A stretch of 64,000 nt of DNA, taken from assembly GCA_013239625.1 (NCBI GenBank), contig MU054338.1:3557371-3621370 (forward strand). Direction: 5' to 3'. Origin of the DNA: Lama guanicoe. Its lineage: Eukaryota. Every line of letters begins with the position of its first letter. The first letter of the stretch is position 1. The translations under genes were made by a program, and so were the position numbers. Under the pieces are notes generated by a model. The model was given only the letters and a program-made list of their open reading frames with translations, was not told where the DNA came from and did not search any database. Of the stretch, positions 23,712-35,430 are shown in pieces.

Positions 23712-26030
23712 TAACAGAGTATACATTCTTTTCAAGTGCACATGAAACATTCTCTAGGATAGACTGCATACTAGGACACAAAACAAGCCTCAACAAATTT
23801 AAGAGGATGGAAATTATTTCAAGCATCTTTTCTGACCATAACAGCATGAAACTAGAAATCAAACACAGAAAGAGAAACAAGAAAAAAAATTGCTTGGCGA
23901 CTAAACAATAGACTACTAAAAAAAATCAATGGGTTAACAATGAAATCAAAGGGTAATTTTAAAATATCTTGAGACGAATGACAAGGAAAACACAAACACA
24001 CAAAATCTATGGGACGCAGTCCTAAGAGGAAAATTCATAATGACACAGGCCTTGCTCAGAAAACAAGAAAAATCTCAAATATATAACCTAACTTACCACC
24101 TAAAAGAATTAGAAAAAGAAGAACAAACAAAAACTAAAGGCAGTAGAAGTTAAGAAATAATAAAGCTCAGAGAGAAAATTTTAAAAAATAGAGATTAAAA
24201 AACAATAGGAAAAATCAATCAAACCAAGAACTGGTTTACTGAGAGAGTAAACAAAATCAACAAGCCTTTGGCCAGACTCACCAAGAAGAAAAGAGAGGAC
24301 CCTAGTAAACAAAGTAAGGAATGTAAGCGGAGAAGTAGCAACTGACACCACGCATCTACAAAAAGCCGTAAGAGACTGCTATGAAGAGTAATGTGCCAAA
24401 AAATTGGACAACCTAGGAGAAACAGACAAGCTTCTAGAAGCATACAGTCCGCTGAAACAGAATCAAGAAGAAATAGACATTTGGACAGACCAATCACTAG
24501 AAGTGAGTTAGAATCTGTGCAAACAAAACAAAACAAGAAAACAAAGCTCCCTGCAGACAATAGTCCAGGACTGGAGGGTTGCGCTAGGGAATTCTACCAC
24601 ACATACAAAGCCCTTATGCCAGTCCTTCTCAGACTCTTCCGAAACACTGAAGAGAAATAAACACACACATACAGTCAATTAATCTTCGACAAAGGAGGGA
24701 AGAATAGACAATGAAGAAAAGGTCTCTTCAGCAAATGATGCTGGGAAAGCTGGAGAGCTACATGTGAGTCAGTGCAGTTACAACACTCCCTCACAAAAAT
24801 AAACAAAAATACACAAAAATAAACTCAAAATGGCTTAAAGACTGAAACATAAGACAGAACACCATAAATCTCCTAGAAAAGAACACAGGCAAAACATTCT
24901 CTGACATAAATCGTAGCAATGTTTTGATAGGTCAGTCTCCTAAGGCAATAGAAATAAAAGCAAAAATAAACAAATGGGACCTAATCAAACTTATAAGCTT
25001 TTGCACAGCAAAGGAAACCATGAACAAACAAAAAGACAACCTGCAGAATGAGAGAAAATATTTACAAGCAATGTGACTGACAGGGGCTTAATTTCCAGAA
25101 TATACAAACAGTTCATACAACTCAATAACAAAAAAACCAAACAACTCAATCAAAAAATGGGCAGAAGACCTAAACAGATATTTCTTCAAAGCAGACATAC
25201 ATGTGACCAATAGGTACATGAAAAGATGCTCAATATCACTAATTATCAGAGAAATGCAAATCAAAGCTACAATGAGGTATCATCTCACACCTATCAGAGT
25301 GACCAGCATTAAAAAGTCCACAAACAATAAATGCTGGAGAGGGTGTAGAGAAAAAGGAACCCTCCTACACTGCTGGTGGGATTGTAATTTGGTGCAGCCA
25401 CTATGAAAAACAGTATGGAGACTACTTAAAAAACTGAAAATAGACTTACCATATGATCCAGCAATCCCACTCCTGGGCATATATCCAGAGAAAACTCTAA
25501 TTGGAAAAGATACATGCACCCCAATGTTCATAGCAGCCCTATTTACAATAGTCAAGACATGGAAGCAACATAAACGTTCATCAACAGATGATTGGATAAA
25601 GAAGTAGTGGTATACATATACAATGGAATACTACTCAGTCATGAAAAAGAATGAAATAATGCATTTTGCAGCAACATGAATGGACCTAGAGATTATCATA
25701 CTAAGTGAAGTAAGTTAGACAGAAGGACAAATATATGCTATTGCTTATATGTGAAATCTAAAAAATGATACAAATGAACTTACTTACTAAACAGAAACAG
25801 ACTCACAGACATAGAAAACAAATTTATGGTTACCAGAGGGGAAAAGGGGAGCAGGGAGGAATCAATTAGGAGTTTGGGATTGGCAGATACAAACTACTAT
25901 ATATAAAATAGATAAGCAACAAGGTCCTACTGTACAGCACAGGGAACCAGAAACTAACACAACATTGTAAATCAACTACAAGAAGAAGGAGGAAGAGAAG
26001 GAGGAGAAGAAGAAGAAGGAAGAGGAGGAG
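23712..26030 (+). mobile_element. 5'-truncated, internally deleted L1 (ORF2 remnants, 3'UTR, GAA/GGA tail)
   Basis: ORF2 motifs EYTFFSSAHETFSRID..LGHK..SDHN, SPGLEG..EFY, and C-terminal REMQIK..RYHLTP..KCWRGC; multiple stops. Confidence 0.92.
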
Positions 26031-27559
26031 GCAGATTTGGGGGTCAATCATATCTTTCACTCAGACAAGAAGAGTGAGCTTTCTGGTCCTGGAGGTATGC
26101 AAGATAGGCCGTGCTACTGACCCCAGGAGATCTAGGCACCAGGCAGAGGCTGATATGCCTCATGCAGAGTGGGGTTCTCAGCTGGGAGGGTGGGAGGCCC
26201 TGCAAAGAGGGGTATGGTATGTTACTAATCTCACTTAGGGGGCAAGCTTGGACCCGCAGTGGGGAGGGGGGGTGATGAGTCAAAAACGCGTGGGTGGGAA
26301 GTCTGAATCAGTACCCAGTGTGCAGCTCCCCGACCCCGACGCCCCTCCTCCCCTTAACCTCCCCACTCTCAGCCAGGATGACTCACTCATTCATTTGGTC
26401 TGGAGTGCGGAGGCCTGATGATAGTGGAGGAGGAAAAGCCCACTCAATTATCGCGCTACAGCTCATCACTGGAGTTCAGTGAGTGCCTACAGTGGCCCGA
26501 GTGGTGTGCAGGAGCCAAAATTCTTCCCCCTCCACCACCTCCCGCCTCCCCGACTCAATACCTGTGTTGGCTCCAAAATACACCTCAACGTCGTCCACTT
26601 CTCACTCTCTCCATAGCTCCTACTCTGGTCCAGCTCCACCATCACTCACCTGGGCCAGCACAGTCCCTTCCATCCCGGACTCCAAGCTCCCACCCTGGGC
26701 CCCCACAGTCTGTCCTCCCTGAAGCACCCAAAGGGCACCTGTGAGCACCTGAATCAGATCCAGCCCCTCCTCTGCCCACAGCTCTCTAGGGCTCCCATCA
26801 CCCTTGGGATAAAAGTCCAAGTCCACCCTACAGATCCCAAAGCCCCACCCTCACCCTCTTCCTCTCTTCCCCTTGCTCACTCTGTCCAGCCACGTGAGCC
26901 TCCTCTCCATTACTCCAGCATGTCAGGGGTGGTGCTGCCCCAGGACCTTTGCACTGGCTATTCCCTCTGCCAGAAACGCTATTCTTCTGATAGCTTCTTT
27001 TCATTCTAAGCATCACCTCCTCCGGTGAGCCTTCCTTGATTGTTAGGCTGAAGTATCATCCAACTCTCACTCCTTCCACCTTCTCCTCTTGCTTTTGTTT
27101 TCCTCACAGCACTGCAGCATCCTGAAATGGATGTTTTTCTATTGACATTCGTTTTCCTCAACAGACCTTAAGGTCCAGGAAGCTGGGTCAAGGCTTGCCA
27201 CAATCAGTCCTGTATCCCCAGTACCTAGCACTGGACCTGGTACACAATAAGCACTTAATATGTGCTTGTTGGTTGACTGGATGGACCTTTGCAGCTTCTT
27301 CCCTGATGTGGGGATATCTATCCACCCCGTTTCACACAGGGGGAAACTGAGTCTCCATAAGGTGCAGCCTGCGACCTGGGGGTGCTGCAAGGCTGGCTAT
27401 GGAGGGTGCGCCCTGGGGCTCTGTGGGATGAATGGTGGCGTCTCAGGCGGAGACCAACAAACTGAGGTCCAGTTTGACCGGGTCGGGGTGCGGTCTGTCC
27501 ACTCTGCCTTGGGGACATTGTGTGTGTATGAGGGAGGGGGATCCTAACTTGGGGGACTT

Positions 27560-28620
27560 CTAATTTAGCGATAGGGGGAATCCTCTCATTCCCCTTAAGC
27601 TTCCCGACTAAAATCAGCCTCGGGATGGCCACGCCAGGGGACCGGCGTGGGGAGCAACACGGAGTAGAGCTTATTATAAAGACCCAGTCACAGCCCCGCG
27701 GATGGTGCAAGTTCCTCATCCATGCGCTCCCTCCCCTCCCCCTGCCCAGCAGTCCCCCTTCTCCTTGCTACGCCGAGACCCTCCCCGCTGGCCCCGGGAA
27801 CCCCGTCCCGGTCCCCCAGAGCGAGCGCCCAGCTCCCGCCCACGGGAGCCCGCAGCCAATGGCCGCGCTGCCTGATGAGGTAATGCATCCCCTCCGCGTT
27901 CCCATTGGCCAGCCTGGAGGAGGTTCTCTTTTCGAGCCCCCAGGAAAACCCAGACCATGTGAGGCGTGGTGGGGTGGTCCCTGAAGTCTCTGGGTACCTG
28001 CACTCCCCTCCTGACTGCGGAACCCCCAACCGGCCCTGCCCCTCTCTGGTCTCAGGCCCTAGCGAGAAGGGGCAGGCTGGACTTAGAGACCCCTGCCGGT
28101 CTCGTCCTGCACCCAGGGATGCACAGAAAGGATGGAAGGACGGAAGACCCCCCCACCCCGCCAGCAATCAAAGGACCCCAGAGCGTTGATTGATATTTTA
28201 GGACAATTGCACATTAATTGAGCACCCGATGTATGCCAGCCCAGGACCCTCTGGGGATATTGCTGTGGTGAAATCGCACCCAGGTCACTGCCTTCTGGGC
28301 GCACGGAATAATGGGGAAGAGGGACGCACCACCTCTCCTTTCCTCTTTAGCGAGTACGGCTGCGGACTGATGGCAAGAAGAGTAGGCAAGGGCCGGCGAT
28401 TTCAAACCTGGCAGCCAGGACGCTGCCGGTGCTGCCAAGCTGGGGGGGATGCAGGAGGCAGCGGAGAGGGAGGCAGGAGGGGCTCTCCTCTTAATTATCT
28501 TGTTCATTTGTTTATTTACTGGGAGCTCCGGGTGCGTTGGGGGCTGGGCCTTTCTGTTCACTGTTTATTCATTCAACATTTATTTGATTCTGCCCCTCCC
28601 CCCTCTGGTTCTTGATTTAT
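27560..28620. promoter_or_regulatory. CpG-rich promoter/enhancer-like region
   Basis: TATA-like ttattataaa 27671-27680; CCAAT motifs ~27855 and ATTGG ~27904; TGATTGAT 28187-28194; TGTTTAT x2; elevated CpG. Confidence 0.5.
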
Positions 28621-29159
28621 ATTCTTACTTCTTCCTGCTTTATCCCCCTCCCCTCCTCAAACCATTCTAATAGGCTTTTTAAAAATTGTGGGTATTCTTG
28701 AAACTAGATAAAATTGTTTTGTCTGCCTGTGTCTCTTTTTTTCTAAAGTTTCTTATTAAGATGTAAAGCACATATCTCAAGGGTCCAGCTGGATAGATTT
28801 TTGACCAAGCACAGATTCCTGCGGTGAGCACCCAAAAAGAGAGTTAGAACCAGAGCCAGGGTTAGGGGGAGCGATGTGGAGGGGAGTCTTACAAGTTCAA
28901 GGTCAAATCTTATCTTTATTTGCAATTTTGGTATTTTGTTCATTCTAGATTTTTTTGACATTAATTTTGATTTTTCCAAAGATTATAGCCCAATGTTAAG
29001 TAACACTGATGGCTGAGTTTTGTGGTGCTCCCTTAAATTTTGTCTCTGAGGACTGTGTCTCCTTCAAGTTATCCTAGTTCTGAGTCTCTTGAGAACATTC
29101 CACCAATCAGAAGGGGGGGGCGGCTCCCAGTGGTTACCCCCATCCCCCCAGGTAACTCT

Positions 29160-29900
29160 TTCTACTTTCCATCATCACAGTTTAGTTTGCCTATTTTTAA
29201 AACTGCTATAAATCAAATCATACAGGACATTGTCTTCGGAATCTGGTTTCCTTTACTCGGCATAAAGCTTTTGAGGTGCATCTAAGATATTTCGTGGGTG
29301 AAGAGTTTCCATTTCATTGCTGTCTTATTCCAGTGTATGGATGGACTGAAGTTTGTTTATCTAGTCACTGGCTGACGGGCATTTGGGTTGTTTCCTGTGT
29401 TCGACTCTTCTGGATAAATCTGCGACGAACATTGTCACACACGTCTTCGCGTGGACACATGCCTTCCTTTCTCCTGGGCAAACACCCACGAGTAGGGTGG
29501 CTGGGTCGTATGGTAGGTGTGTGCTTAACTTTTTAACAAACTGCCAAATGGTTTTCCAGGGTGGCTGGACCATTTTGCATTCCCAGCAGCAGCGGAGGGG
29601 AGCGCCTGTAAGCCTGTATTTGGGGCATTCGCATTTTTTTGCCTTGATTGAGGTGTCATTTAAGTATACAGTTCAATGAGTTTTGACAAATAAATGCACC
29701 TGTGTAACCATGACCTCAATAGACAGATAGCAGTGCCATCCCCCCAAACCTCCCTGGGGACATGTGTTTTTGATTTACAAAGAGGGGGAGGGGTGAGGGA
29801 GAGAGAGCCAGAGGGAGAGATCTCACTTTTTTTCTTGTTTTCTGTGCTTTGTCGTGAGGTTCCATCCACATGCTTTAAAATGAACATCTTTGCCTATTGT
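29160..29900 (-). mobile_element. Old L1M fragments
   Basis: Minus-strand VQPPWKTIWQFVKKLSTHLPYDPA motif. Confidence 0.75.
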
Positions 29901-30435
29901 AATTTTCTCGGAGATCAAGATGCCCGTAATCTTAGTTATGAGTCCTCTCCAGTTATTTCCCCATTATTTTTAAAATCTAGCAAATAGCTAGTGAAGATTT
30001 GCTGTGATCTGGTAACATTCCAAGCACTTTATATATACTAAATATAAACAAAGTCATTTAATCCTCTCCCCCAGCAGAAGCACCACAAATTTGGTACTTA
30101 TCACCCCCATTTTAGAGATGGAAAAACTGAGGTACAGAAAGATGATGTCCCCTGCTCTGACCCCAGAGTTCCAAAATGGGCAAAGCTGGGATTTGAACCA
30201 GGCCCTGCGGCACCCCACCCAGGCTCCTGGTCAGGGCACACACTGCCTCCACACTCCAGGCAGGCAGAAGTATGCAGCAGGCATCGGCCACAGGCCCGCG
30301 CTCCCTCACCCACAATTCCAACATCTAGAAGTTCCAAAAATAGAGATGTTTCATCAGGATGTCTCTGAAACTCACTGAGAATCAAGAGTTAATATCCTTC
30401 AGCTCTGAATAAGCTTTATTTACCCCATTTATTGC

Positions 30436-30492
<57 letters not shown>

Positions 30493-30498
30493 TGTGTA
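30436..30498. repeat. Compound (TA)n(TG)n microsatellite
   Basis: Directly visible. Confidence 0.95.
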
Positions 30499-31529
30499 TT
30501 CTGTCTATTGCTACTGTGTTTGATTGGAGGGGATGGGCTGCCCCAGGCCCTGCTGCAGGGTGTTATCTAATATATACTGAGTACATCTTAATAGCATCCT
30601 AAAGCCTAGGACTTTTTGAATTCTGAAACACAGCTGGCTCCAAGGGTTTTAGATGAGCTCTCTCATTAGTTACTATTATTTATTGAGCCTACTGTGTGCC
30701 ACCAACTCTCCTAGGCAGTGGGGACACAGCAGTGACAAAGGCAGACCCAGCCCTCATAGGGTTCACAGTCCAGTAGGAAAAGAGGACAGACGCGGTGCCC
30801 GGTGCTTACAACACTGGGAGAGCAGGACCACAGCGGGGGAAGCACAGACCTGGTGGGGGCCCAGGGGAAGCACCTGACTCAGGCTGAGGCATCAGGGAGG
30901 CTCGCTGGAGGAGGTGACGCCTGAGCAAGGATCTGAAGGAGAAGAAAGGGGTAGTGAGGGAGGGAGGATGTGGCATTCCAGCAGAAAGTACAGTTCAAAG
31001 GCCCTGAGGTGCTCCAGGACCTGGAATCTGTCCTACGGGGTGGCAAAAATCCCGGGCGGGCAAGAATACAGAGTTCCATGTTGGCATTCCTGCCTGCCTG
31101 ATGAGGCTCCCATAAGGCTCCTCTGATGCCTGGGTGCTGGGCTGGAGCCTCTGCAGAAGATGGGCATCTGGTGGGCACATCGCTGGTCTCCCCTGTGGTC
31201 TCTGAGCATTTCTACTCGGCAGCTGTCAGGACCTGACTACATCCTTACAGGTGTGGGCACCATTCACCCCCATCCTTGATGCGGGGGAGACCCCAGGGGA
31301 GACTAGGGTGCAGAGGCCTGGAGGGCCCCTCCATCCAACCACACTCCCCGCGCCTTGGCAGCTCGCCTATCTGATGCTGAAGACTGTTTTATTTTTAAGG
31401 CTTTGCTCTGTGGAAACCAGGTGTCTTTGTGGGTCAACTGTCCATTTCTTCTGCTTCCGGGTCCGAGATCCAGGAGTCTGCTGCTCCCTTATTTCTGCTT
31501 CTCTCGCCTTCCCCTCCAGAGGATACATA

Positions 31530-32246
31530 GAGTGGTCCCTCCTTTTCCACGGGGGATACATTCCAAGACTGCCCATGGACGCCTGAGACCCTGAATAGAC
31601 TCAAACCCTAGATATAGTGAGTTTTTCCCTCTACGTACACACATGATGACGTTTGCCACTTAGTAGGTGTCAGGCACTGTGCATACTCGGCGAACCCTGA
31701 AGGGCACAGAGAACATTCAGGTTGCCAGCATCACCACTTTTGCGTTTGGAGCCACTATGAAGTAGGGTAAGCGTTACTTGGACACAAGCACTGGAATAAC
31801 ATGAGAGTCGACCTGGTTACCAAGACGGATACCAACCGACTAGTGGGCGGGAGACACTGGACAAGAGGGTGATTCAGCCCTGGGGGCGGGGGGGGGGGGG
31901 AACAGACAGGATTTCATCATGCTGCTCAGAATGGCAACAATTTAAAATTGATGAATTAGGTAAACAAGGTTCTACTCTATAGCACAGGGAACTATATTCA
32001 ATACTTGGAACAGCCTATAATGAAAAAGAATATGAAACAGAATATATATATATGTATAACTGAATCATTATGCTGTGTACCAGAGATTAACACAACATTG
32101 TAAATCGACTATTCGCCAATAAAAAATAAAATAAAACTTATGAATTGTTTATTTCCTGAACTTTCTGTTTAATATTTCTGAACCGTGGTTGACTGCTGGT
32201 AACTGAAACCACTGAAGGCAAAACCACAGATAAGGGGGAACTGCTG
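31530..32246 (-). mobile_element. MER44 (Tigger7-derived) DNA transposon, interrupted
   Basis: Imperfect TIRs (agtggtccctccttttccacgggggatac / gataagggggaactgctg), TA flanks at 31528-31529 and 32247-32248, recognisable MER44 body. Confidence 0.8.
31958..32135 (+). mobile_element. Short L1 3'-end fragment inserted in MER44
   Basis: aacaaggttctactctatagcacagggaactatattcaat...aataaaaaataaaataaaa; degenerate TSD aaaa(tt/ct)(g/t)atgaatt. Confidence 0.85.
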
Positions 32247-34846
32247 TATCAGCCAATCCAGTTGCCTACGAAATCTATCCCAGATCAGCCCACTTCTGCC
32301 CTCTCCTCTGTCTCCACCCGGTCCAGCCCCTATCATGACTAGTCCTGCCTCAGGGCCTTTGCACTGGCTGTTCCTTATCCCTGAATGCTCTTCTCCCAGC
32401 TGTAATAACCTTATCTATTTCTTTTGCTTTTAAAAATGTATGTTAAGGATGTAAGTTCCAAGAAGACAGTGACTATGTCTATCTCAGTCACTGTTGAGTG
32501 CCCAGCTCCCAGCGCAGTGTCTGGTACACAATAGGTGCTCAGTAAAAATTCCTTCATGATGGAAGGCGTTAATCCATGGAACCTCAGAAAACAGCCTTGT
32601 TGTATTCCCAGGTCCTGGATGGGCACACTTGGCCACAGACACTGATAGAGATTTAGAAAAGAAAAGGGAAAAAAAAAAGCCTCCACATTTTGGTTGCCTC
32701 CCTCTGCCTTTAATTATTTTGTCGACAAGGCTCACAATTCAGCAAGTCAAGGTGGCATTTGAGAGGGACGGTTCCCTTTAGCGTAGCTGACAGCTAATTT
32801 GTGGGAAGTTTAATTACAGGCGGCGTTAATTAACTGGCAGAGCACTGGGCGAGGAAGGCAGCCATCTGTTCCTAAAAACATCCTCCCCTCCTGGACTTGG
32901 CTGGGAGGCTGTGAGGGGTGGGCTAGCAAGAGGACAGGGTGTGGGGAGGGGACAGAGGAGGAGGAAGAAAGGAGGGTCTGGTGATGAATCACAACTTTTG
33001 CAGCCCTCATTCCAGATGCTGTCAGGGCTGAGATCTTGGCAGCCAGCCTCCTTGTGGCCTCCATCATTTTGCAGTTGCCTCCAGTGGCTGCTGGGAGTGG
33101 CAATCACAGTGCCTTGGAATCTGCTTTTCATTGGTTGTATCATTAGGAGCAGAAGGTGTGGAGTCAAGGAGGTGACAAGCACACTGTACTTGGGCCACTT
33201 TGGAGTTGATTGGTACCCGCCAAAGGAGGTTGGGATTAGGGGCTGGGTCAGAGCCAGGGATGAGGGATGCCTTAAGCAACCCAGCCTGGTAGTGGGGGAT
33301 CCCTCTGCCTCTCATTCCAACATTCACCCAGCTTTATCCCTTCTGAGCTGTTTGCCCTGGGGCAAGTCACTCAACTTCTCTGGGCCTCAGTGGCCTCATC
33401 TGGAAAATAGGATTGATTATAATAGGACCTAATTCCATTTGTCTTTCTACTATAGTCGAGCCCAAATACTTTCAGGCTGCTGCTGAGAGCTTTGTCATGG
33501 ACTTGAAGTGTCATGACTTATTATTAAAAATGTGTGTTGAGGAGGGTGTGTGGCCAGTAAGGTTGAGAACCCTTGTGCCTTTTAGGACTCTGGGTTTTTA
33601 CATATGCTGTTCCCTCCTCCTGAAACACCCTTCCTACCCCTGCCCAGTTGCTTTAGATCCTGCAGTAGATGCCACCTGCCTGAGATGACTTCTCCTGACC
33701 CTCCAGGCTGGGGCAAGTGCCCTTGCGGGCTCTTGCAGCACCTATCCATCCCCCATCACAGCCTTTGTCACCATGCTACAGCCTTGGCACAGCCCACCCA
33801 CCCCCCACTAGACTGGGAATCTCGTGTTGGCAGGGACTGGGTCTGCCTTGGTCATGGCTACATCTAAGGTGCCCAGCATAGGCTTGAACAAGTAGGTGGT
33901 CAGCAGAAATTGTTGTTCAGACAGACAGTTGGTGCTGTGATCCACACATGGGAAAGTGGAGGCCAGCAGAATGCAGAATTCAAAGTCAGAGCCATTTATA
34001 AATGAAAAGGACTATCTTGGGTGTTGGACTGAGGTCCCTGTTGCCACTGGCTCAGTCAGCTTCCAGGTGTGTGGCCCCAGGCAAGCCACACCCTTCCTCA
34101 CGGACTCAGTTTCTCCCTCTGGAAAATAGGGGTACGCACAGGAGCCTGGCTCAGGATACAAGGAGTCAGCGCAGGAAAGAGCACAGCCCGGCATCCGCCC
34201 TGGCGTATGTGCTCTGTGGTCTTGCTGACCATACTGTTATCCTTGAGTCCACCCCCATCACTGAGGTTGGTCTCCCTCTCCTCTGAGCCTCAGTCTCCCC
34301 ATTTGGCCACACTCCCCCTTAGACAAACGCAGGAGGGGCATTGGCTGGCTGGGTAGGAGGCAGTGCTTACCTAAAGCAGCAGCCAAGGCGGGGCCAATGG
34401 GGCTGGCACGGCTGGGCTCGCTAAGCCGGCAGTCCTTGGCAGCACCCGGCTTTCCTGAAGGCGGCTGGAGAAGGGCCCAGGCCTGTCTACTGGGGAACTG
34501 AGGAGGCTGGGATGATCTAAGGCCTCTTCTCCGAGGATGTTGGACCTGCTTGGGGACAGGGAGCTCTATGTACACTTATTAAGCACCTACTGTATGCCAG
34601 GCTAGGCTACTTGGGTTCTTTGTCCATGCTGTTTCAGCTGCCAGACTCGCACTTCCTTTTCACAGTGCTGAACCCTGCTCTTCCTGCTCTCAGTATAGAA
34701 GACACTGCCGTCAGGAAGCCTCCCAGATTCTCTGGGTTGGATCAGGCACCTCCCTTTGGGTTAATACAGCAGCTGAGATTCCCTGGTCACAGCCTGATTA
34801 CCCAATATTATACCTGGACTATGGACAGTTCATTTAGTCAATCAAC

Positions 34847-35430
34847 TGTTGCGGAAAAAAATGTGTTACAGCTTGGTGTTACAGCTCGGTGTTACAGCTC
34901 AGTTGTGACAGCAACCTGGATCCGGGTCAAGAAAGCGCTCAGAGAGTTGGAAAACAGGTTTATTATGCCGGTGGGCCCAGAAGAATTAACACTCCAAGCT
35001 CTGGACCCCCGTCTGCAGGTTTACACAGGCCTTTATAGGCTGCCAATTTTACACTTTTCAACATCATATGCAAATAAAGTATAATAGAAGTTGACCAAGC
35101 AGGAACAAGCTTTGTAGAAATAGACCAATCAAGAGTGAGAGAAATAACCAATCAGGAGTGAGCTCCATGCAAATGAAGTACTACAAAAGGACCAATCAGA
35201 AGTTAGGGAAGTGGACCAATCAGAAATGAGAGTAATAAGCAATCAGGAGTGAAGGAGCTAACCAATCAGAAGTGAGCTCAGGGAACCAATAGAATTTTAG
35301 GTGTAAGTTAGCCGTTTCAGAGGCAAAAAGTGAGATAGAGCCTCTGGGCCAGGGAACCAATGGTGCTGGCAGGAGAGTAGTGGCCCTGCCTGGGGGTCCT
35401 GCCAGTCTTTTTATGGGGCTTCCCGCCTCA
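34847..35430 (-). mobile_element. ERV1-class solo LTR (584 bp)
   Basis: TG...CA termini; 4-bp TSD caac (34843-34846, 35431-35434); minus-strand TATAAA (35032-35037) and AATAAA (34959-34964); multiple CCAAT boxes. Confidence 0.9.

Noticed and set aside
34611..35084. 157-aa ORF
   Set aside because: Crosses the L2/solo-LTR junction antisense to the LTR; no gag/pol/env similarity
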